Assembly: GCF_001194135.2 (NCBI RefSeq)
Contig: NC_069001.1
Coordinates: 39,666,541 to 39,730,540, forward strand
DNA: 64,000 nt
Direction: 5' to 3'
DNA from: Octopus bimaculoides
Lineage: Eukaryota
Numbering within the stretch: position 1 is the first letter of the stretch; each line of letters starts with the position of its first letter. The notes beneath the pieces are model-generated. The model was not told the DNA's origin, did no database searches, and saw only the letters and a list, made by a program, of their open reading frames with translations. A program made the position numbers and the translations under genes. Of the stretch, positions 28,600 to 64,000 are shown in pieces.

Positions 28600-29020
28600 A
28601 GATTACCTTTCCGTATTCTGGAGATGATAAAATGTGAATGTATATAAAGCTGAGGGGTTAAGAAGTCCCAGGGTGTGATGTATGTGACACCTAGTGTTTA
28701 GAAAAAGAATTAAAATATGAAAGTTTGATGGAAGGTTTTAATTTAGATCACTTCAAGTTTGTGCAATTAACCAGGGATGGTGATAGGCAGGTTAGTATCA
28801 AGAGGGTTAAACATTTAGTTGAGATGCCTGATGGTTAAACCAGATTGTTCCGGAAAGTTGAGCTCCTCCAATTTATGTGGTTTCAGGATAACTGGAGGCA
28901 CATTCTCTAAGCTGGTCGTTGGGATTAAAACTTTATATCTCTGTGCTTTTAATGGTTGATCCCATTATGTAACTCTTTAGACATACATGTTCTGCCATAA
29001 CCGAAATGCTTGTGAGGTAA
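28600..29020 (+). mobile_element. Degraded CR1-like LINE 3' fragment
   Basis: LKYESL...IKRVKHLVEMPD and TGGTFSKL (TRGHSLKL-like) followed by a WNSL-like region; heavily decayed. Confidence 0.45.
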
Positions 29021-31660
29021 CACTTCTACAAGAGCCAAACATTTGTGACAAAGTGGATTTCACTAATAGCACTCAAAGTGACCAATGGTGATGTTAAATT
29101 GTGCAGGAGATTAAATCTACTAAATGCAGAAAAGAACCAGGAACAGTCCCTCCTCCATTGGGCTTCTACACATTTTCCTTTTATCAAATTCCATTTATTT
29201 ATTTATTTACAAAGTTTTGGTTAACCTGATGCTATATTAGAAAGCAATTATTCAGGGTGCAATGAAATCAAACCCTGAGCCTGCACTTTCAAAACCAACT
29301 TCTTAACCATTTATAGGAAGAACTTCCCTTGTTCAATATGTGGGAAGCTTTAAACCAGTTAAACTAGTTTTGAAAGACAAATAGAAGTTTGTAAAACAAA
29401 ACATGGATCTATAGTCTGTTATGAATATCATGTTTAGCAGTAAGTAATCCTTTTGAAATCAACAAACCTGACACTTTCTCTGGTTTTATTGTTTTAAAGT
29501 GTTTTGATTTCACTGAAACTATCCATCATAATTTTATGCAAAGTACACTTGTTAACTTACATTCCACTTAATATACCAATGTCTTTAGTTATGATCCAAT
29601 GTTCCAGACACCAGCTTAATATATCAATATATATATATTTTATACTCTTAATATTATCTTAATAATAACAAAGTTTGTTATTTTGCTAAATCCCTTCATA
29701 TTCTCAATTAGTAGTAAAAATAATTCCTGTTCTGAGAAGGAATATTTCAATGGAAATAGAGCCACAAAATGTATCTTAGTTGTCAATCCTTTTGGTAAAG
29801 ATTATCACCCCACTCCTGGTTTCAAGGACGACTTTGTGTTTCTGGAAATGGTTACCAATCCAATTGTCATCCTCATCATCATTTAACGTCCATTTTCCAT
29901 GCTGGCATGAGTTGTCAATACTCTGATGCTAGTTTCTTGAAGATTCTTGGTTTCTGTAACTCCTTCTTATGTTCAGTGCTTGCCTGACTTTAGTCTGTTG
30001 GAATTCCCATCATATCTATGATACTTCATAGAAATATTGATTTCAGATTTTGGCACAAGGCCAGCAATTTAAGGGGAGGGGGTAAGTCAATTGCATCATC
30101 TCCAGTGCTCATTTTTACCTCATTCGTTTACATATTTCATGTTATTTACATCAATGGTGATGCCCTGTACCCATATATGTATATATGGTCTTATTGTCTT
30201 CCGAATTCTGCTTCCAAAGGGTTAATCTATGTCCCCAGGATTCCAAAATTGAGTGAAAATGTGTTTCAAACAGATGTGAGGGTTAGTAAGCAATATTTTT
30301 ATGTCCATCCTTGAAGTAAGTAATAAACCCTTTTGTCTTTCTCTTCTTTGGGTTCTCCTTGACCAGTGTGTCTTTGACCCTTTTAGACATATCTTCGATC
30401 CAAGTCCCCCCCCTCATGCTTCTTAACCTAACTCCAGTACTCTTGACCTCATTTTATATCTGGACAGGGTCAGGTTTCAACAGGAAAATGAGGCTGACAT
30501 GGATCCGCTTAAATTTAATTTGTTACAATCCTCATCATTATCATCATCCACTTTATAAATATAGTTTCTCTTCTCCCTATTTATTTACCCCACCCCACCT
30601 CAGTATTATACTATCTAACCTTCAGTTTGACCTTGACGTTTTCGATTTAATTTTTCACAGTATACTCATGAGTAAATGTGGTGCTACTCTGAGTACTAAA
30701 TAACAGTGAATTACTCAACTTAAAAAGACTTTGTGTGTACTGATTTGTATTGTATATTTGTTAATTACTGTGTTATTAATGAAGCCACCTAATTCAAAAG
30801 ACTGTTTGGTTTTGGTATCTGTTTATAATCCATTCATAAGTAAGTGAAATAACATCATTGTGTGTTATTTTTATTGTTATTTAAATTTTAAAATGTTGAA
30901 AAAGTTATTTTAAATTTCTTCTTTTATCATAGTTGAAATGTAAACTTTAAATACTGAGCAAAACAATGGGAGGAAATTTACTTTGAACATGTTAGCAGGG
31001 GTTAATGGAACAAGGCTGGGAACCCTTGTCTTGGAGAACACTCCCCCATTCCTATTAGGAATTTGACTTATTGTGAAAGATGGTGAGATTCTCTGAATTC
31101 TGTGATAATATTTTGCCATGTATCAGATAGGTTTATAGCAACCTTCAATAAAATTTCCTCCCTCAGTTAATCATAAATCATTATTCATATTATTTCTCAA
31201 CTTTTTTCTTTTGATTATTTCCTGGTTTACTATAATATATGGTCATATATGCCAAACATTTGTATAACTTTCAATCACATTTGTTTTAAAAGCTAAACAT
31301 TATATAACCATGTCAAATTTTTTATAATTTTCTCTTCAGTATGGCTTTGTCATCTGGCATTTAACTTCAATGTTTTCGTTCATAAAGATGTTTCTCTAAT
31401 TTTGCTCCATGTCTTCAGGTTGGGCTGTTTTCTCTCATTCGTGGTTTTTGTCATTAATTCTTTGATTTACACACACCTTCACTAAAACAGCTGATAAACA
31501 TATTCTAATTATTTCTTTTTATTCTTAATATATTTATATCACTATCTTTATTATATATCATCTATATTCTATTTCATTCATTATTGTTTTATATATTTCC
31601 AATAACAAATGCTCATCTTCCTGTTGTCATTCTATGTTCTTCCATGTGTATAAACCATTA

Positions 31661-31681
31661 TTTCCTTAACAAATGTTCCAC
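31661..31681 (+). other. U12 (minor spliceosome) branch point and AC 3' splice site of an AT-AC intron (intron 1; 5' end upstream of the window)
   Basis: TTTCCTTAAC-AAATGTTCC-AC immediately before the conserved PFEY exon; no AG at the junction required by homology. Confidence 0.88.
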
Positions 31682-60558
<28,877 letters not shown>

Positions 60559-61894
60559 GTATGTATCAAGTACACCTGCCAAACAAGCATATATAAAATA
60601 TGTATATATATATATATATTTATATATACATTAATGTATCTGATAAATTCCTCTTATTTCACATTGTAGTGTCATTAAAGATCTCCAACCTCACAGCCAA
60701 ATTTTATGATCTGTAAATGTTTAACTGATCCCAATATCTACCTAAATCAATGAAGTGATCCATGATAATTATATTTCCTATTTCTTAAGATAATTTCATT
60801 TCTGATCACGCAACTAGTTTTTTTTCCTCTCCAATTATTTTTCAAACCTGATTCCCTAATGTAAATTTACTTAAACCATTCCCTACTGCATTGTGGATGA
60901 ATTCTGGCAGCCATTTCCAGCAAACCTAGGTATTATTACAATATTCACTTATGTTTTATATAATACCATTTCATATGCCATGAAATATTGACAGATGTTG
61001 TTATACATGTACGACCTGAACATAGATACTATCCAGGACACAGGTAATATATGTATGCTAACATTTATTGATACTTTATACAAATGTAAAATAAAACAAA
61101 AGTAGATCTACATTGATCTTTGAAATGGCAAGCATTACTTGTCTATAATGCAGTTCTTTCAGTTTGAACACAATCTCAGATCAACTTTCTCCTCCAACCA
61201 GTAGAAATCTGATTTTTTTTTCTAGTCTTTATACACCAAAATACTGACCCCTAACATTTCTCCCTACTGGCACTTATACACACACAAATATATATATATA
61301 TATCTGTGTGTGTGATTATCACTTTTAAGCCTGTGTTTGATCTCATTTGCATATATAACTTATTAATCAGTATATTAGTCAATTTAATTATAATAATTGC
61401 CAACAGGTTTTCTGTTCATTTCTTCAAACCTTTTCATCTTTGTTTTTACCCGTCTCTTCCCTTTTTTTGTTTTCATCTTTGCAAAGGTTAGACATTTCTG
61501 AAATTGTTTTACTTCCTGTTGCAGTCTCTTATCATTAGACACACATAGCAACAGAAAAACCACCATATTTTCATTTGGCGTGGTTTTTACGGGGCCCCAA
61601 TGCCCATCTTATTTCAAACCACTTTACAACATGAGTTGTGTATGTTTTATCATGCCACCAACATGAGAATTGCCACCTACAGTATGGATCACAGAGTTCC
61701 TTCTAACCTGTATCGGTTTTAGTTGGAGTCACCTGACAGGTTGTCTGTGTGTTGCTCAGGAATTAACATCTTGCAGAAACAGGCCTTATTGAACATAATT
61801 TCATCTTTGATGGTTCATTTTCTAATGTTTATGAGTTTATTCTTTCCCTTTTTATCTCACAAACATTAACCAACAACAGAACTGCCACCTGTTA

Positions 61895-62058
61895 TCTTGA
61901 CCTGCTAGAAATAGGAGCCAGGTTTCCCTCAAATCATTACCTAATGTTTTGAAAAAGTAGGAATTATTAAACAATGTCATGTTAGAACATGTTGGGAAAA
62001 TGGTCAATGGCTGGAACACTTCTGCTCAATCAGGTTTGACCTGTGGCTAAACAACAAC
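61895..62058 (+). mobile_element. Interspersed repeat family GACCTGCTAGAAATAG..GCC...T.CCTCA ... GGTT.GACCTG.G.CTAAACAACAAC
   Basis: Related copies at about 4965-5100 and 12235-12410. Confidence 0.6.
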
Positions 62059-64000
62059 AGCTTACTTTCACATTTCTTTCACTTTGCTTTTCACAAATAT
62101 TCAGCAGGACTACAAATACAAATTTCCAGTACATTAATTTATGATGATTGTATCTTGTGTCCCTTTCCTGAAACCCTCCATCTTACTAGTTTCCGGATAT
62201 TTTTCTACATTTCCCATCTCCTATGACTGAATTGCAAGGTCTACTCTTCACCAACCCTCTTCACTGAAGATCCCTACCTTTTCTCAGATTTCATGGTATT
62301 AACACTCTTGCTTCATACCTGCTAGTTATCTCTATAATCAAGTCATTCATTGGCCGCACACACAGTATCAAAACTTCTCATCTTCATACTGTTTCTTCAC
62401 ACTTCAACAGATGTGTTCTTATGTTTTGTGTTCATTAGTTCAATAACACAGAAATTTCAAGCATCCATTTGTCTGTTGGTTGTGCTCTGAAATACAACTC
62501 TGTTGACCAGGTAATACCTTGATTATAGTATCTACATTAATAATATCGTTGGTTAAACTGGGCTGCTGCAAGGTCAGTTTCTCCTCCTGGTATTTTTGAC
62601 TCAGCATACAAAAACTGTTCATTTCCACAGCCCTCAAACAGATCATCTTTAAAAAGAAAGAACAGAAACAGGCTTAGTATTAATGGATGACAAATTTCTA
62701 TTGACCTGAAAGACTGACTTTACTGTATTTCTCATTAAAGTACTTTTACAACCATGTTTTAGTCGTGGTTTCCCATGTATATCGCCTTATCATTGCTGTG
62801 GATGTTGTACCAGACCCCATTCAAAACTTAAATGAAATGCATGGCTATGACACATTCATCAAGATATATCTTCAGGTAATTGTGCCATGTCTTGATGACT
62901 ATAAGATCTGTTGAGTTCTGTCATTTTCAAATGCTCGCTTTGCAGCAATAAGCTATGCAACTGTTTGTCAGCTGTTGATTCCATGATTCTCTAGACGCTG
63001 ATAAGAAATGACCTGGTCTGGGATTCTGTGTAGCAGCTACAGAGACAGTAGCAAGGAGCTATGAATGTTTATAGAAGTAGAAAAGTATAGATGCATAAAC
63101 ACACGGATCCACATACACACACACACACATACATACACATGCTTATACATCCAGCTTCTTGCAGTTTTCGCATATCAAATTCACTCACAAGGCTTTGGCT
63201 GACCCAGAACTATTGTAGAAGGCACTTAACGTTCTGTGCATTGGGATTGAACCCTAAATGACATGTTAGCAAAGCATGTTGCTGAGCAAGCTTCTTAACC
63301 ACACGGCCATGCCACACTTTTGTGTGTGTGTGTGTGATTTTTAGCATCAACTCCACTTTGATCATTAAATTATAAAAAGTATATGGACTGTTAAATGCCA
63401 ATTAACTATTCCAATTAATATAAGAATTCTGTGTGTGTGTGTGTGTGTGATTACTTTATCCAAATCCATACCCTTTCAATTCCATCATCTTCTCTCCATA
63501 TTCCCCAATCATCAGTCAACCTCGTGTTTTACATCAGTCTTCCTCCCCTGTTCATTCCTTATTGTCACTCAACCACCTCCTTAGTGGTCTTCTTTTATTA
63601 AGGCTTCACTCATGCATGTTCACTAAAGCCAGGCTGTTATGGTATTGTGCTAATGTGACCAAACTATTCCATTTCTCTGCCATCTAATTATCAAAATGGT
63701 TTTGTGGTTTGCTGTCTCCATTAGTTCATCGTTCAATATATATTTGTGTTATATCAATGTTAAGGAAGAAAGTCTTAAAACTTTTACATCCTTTCATTAC
63801 TAAACCTATTTAGATTTTATTTTAAAACTAAAAATATTGCTTAAATAAATTTCAAGTCAGAAATATGACTATTTTGACAACTGGTAAAACCCAAGTGGAA
63901 TAAACTGTAATTTTTAGGGATACACAAGAAAGAATTATTAAATATTTGTATAAAATAATAAAAATAGTTGAGAGTAAAAAAAAGGTTTAATATAACACAA

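Noticed and set aside
31584-31681. N-terminal part of ORF 31584..31799 as a Cav2 start or exon extension
   Set aside because: No channel similarity upstream of PFEY; this is intron sequence containing the U12 branch point.
61026-61043. Possible 18-nt phase-0 micro-exon ILSRTQ (catag|...|gtaata)
   Set aside because: No polypyrimidine tract, weak donor and no similarity to the linker helix; likely chance.
60559-64000. Next constitutive Cav2 exon (rest of the II-III linker / IIIS1)
   Set aside because: Candidate acceptors near 61486-61524 hit stops within a few codons, and no PYSSMF/NPIR-like sequence is seen; the exon is probably beyond the window.

Overview
Eukaryotic, AT-rich, microsatellite- and SINE-dense genomic DNA with seven short N-gaps. 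The repeat landscape looks like an octopus/coleoid cephalopod genome (inference). The window holds part of one + strand gene, a Cav2-type voltage-gated calcium channel alpha-1 subunit (co-ortholog of CACNA1A/B/E and Drosophila cacophony). Bases 1-31681 are the 3' part of a very long first intron; exon 1 is upstream of the window. I could splice 17 core exons (31682-55142, 1969 nt, phases all compatible, no stops) into domain I, the AID/I-II linker, domain II and the start of the II-III linker. The gene continues beyond the window. The most interesting signals concern splicing: an AT-AC minor (U12) intron ending at 31681; a GT-AG U12 intron at 53839-55041; two paralogous 30-nt micro-exons at the start of the II-III linker (57501-57530, 60529-60558); a 33-codon hydrophobic read-through with stop and AATAAA after the first of these, which could give a truncated two-domain channel; and a candidate 18-nt micro-exon in the I-II linker. 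Introns contain degraded CR1- and RTE-type LINEs, many SINE copies and a composite non-autonomous Helitron. Almost all ORFs in the supplied track are microsatellite, N-gap or transposon artefacts.
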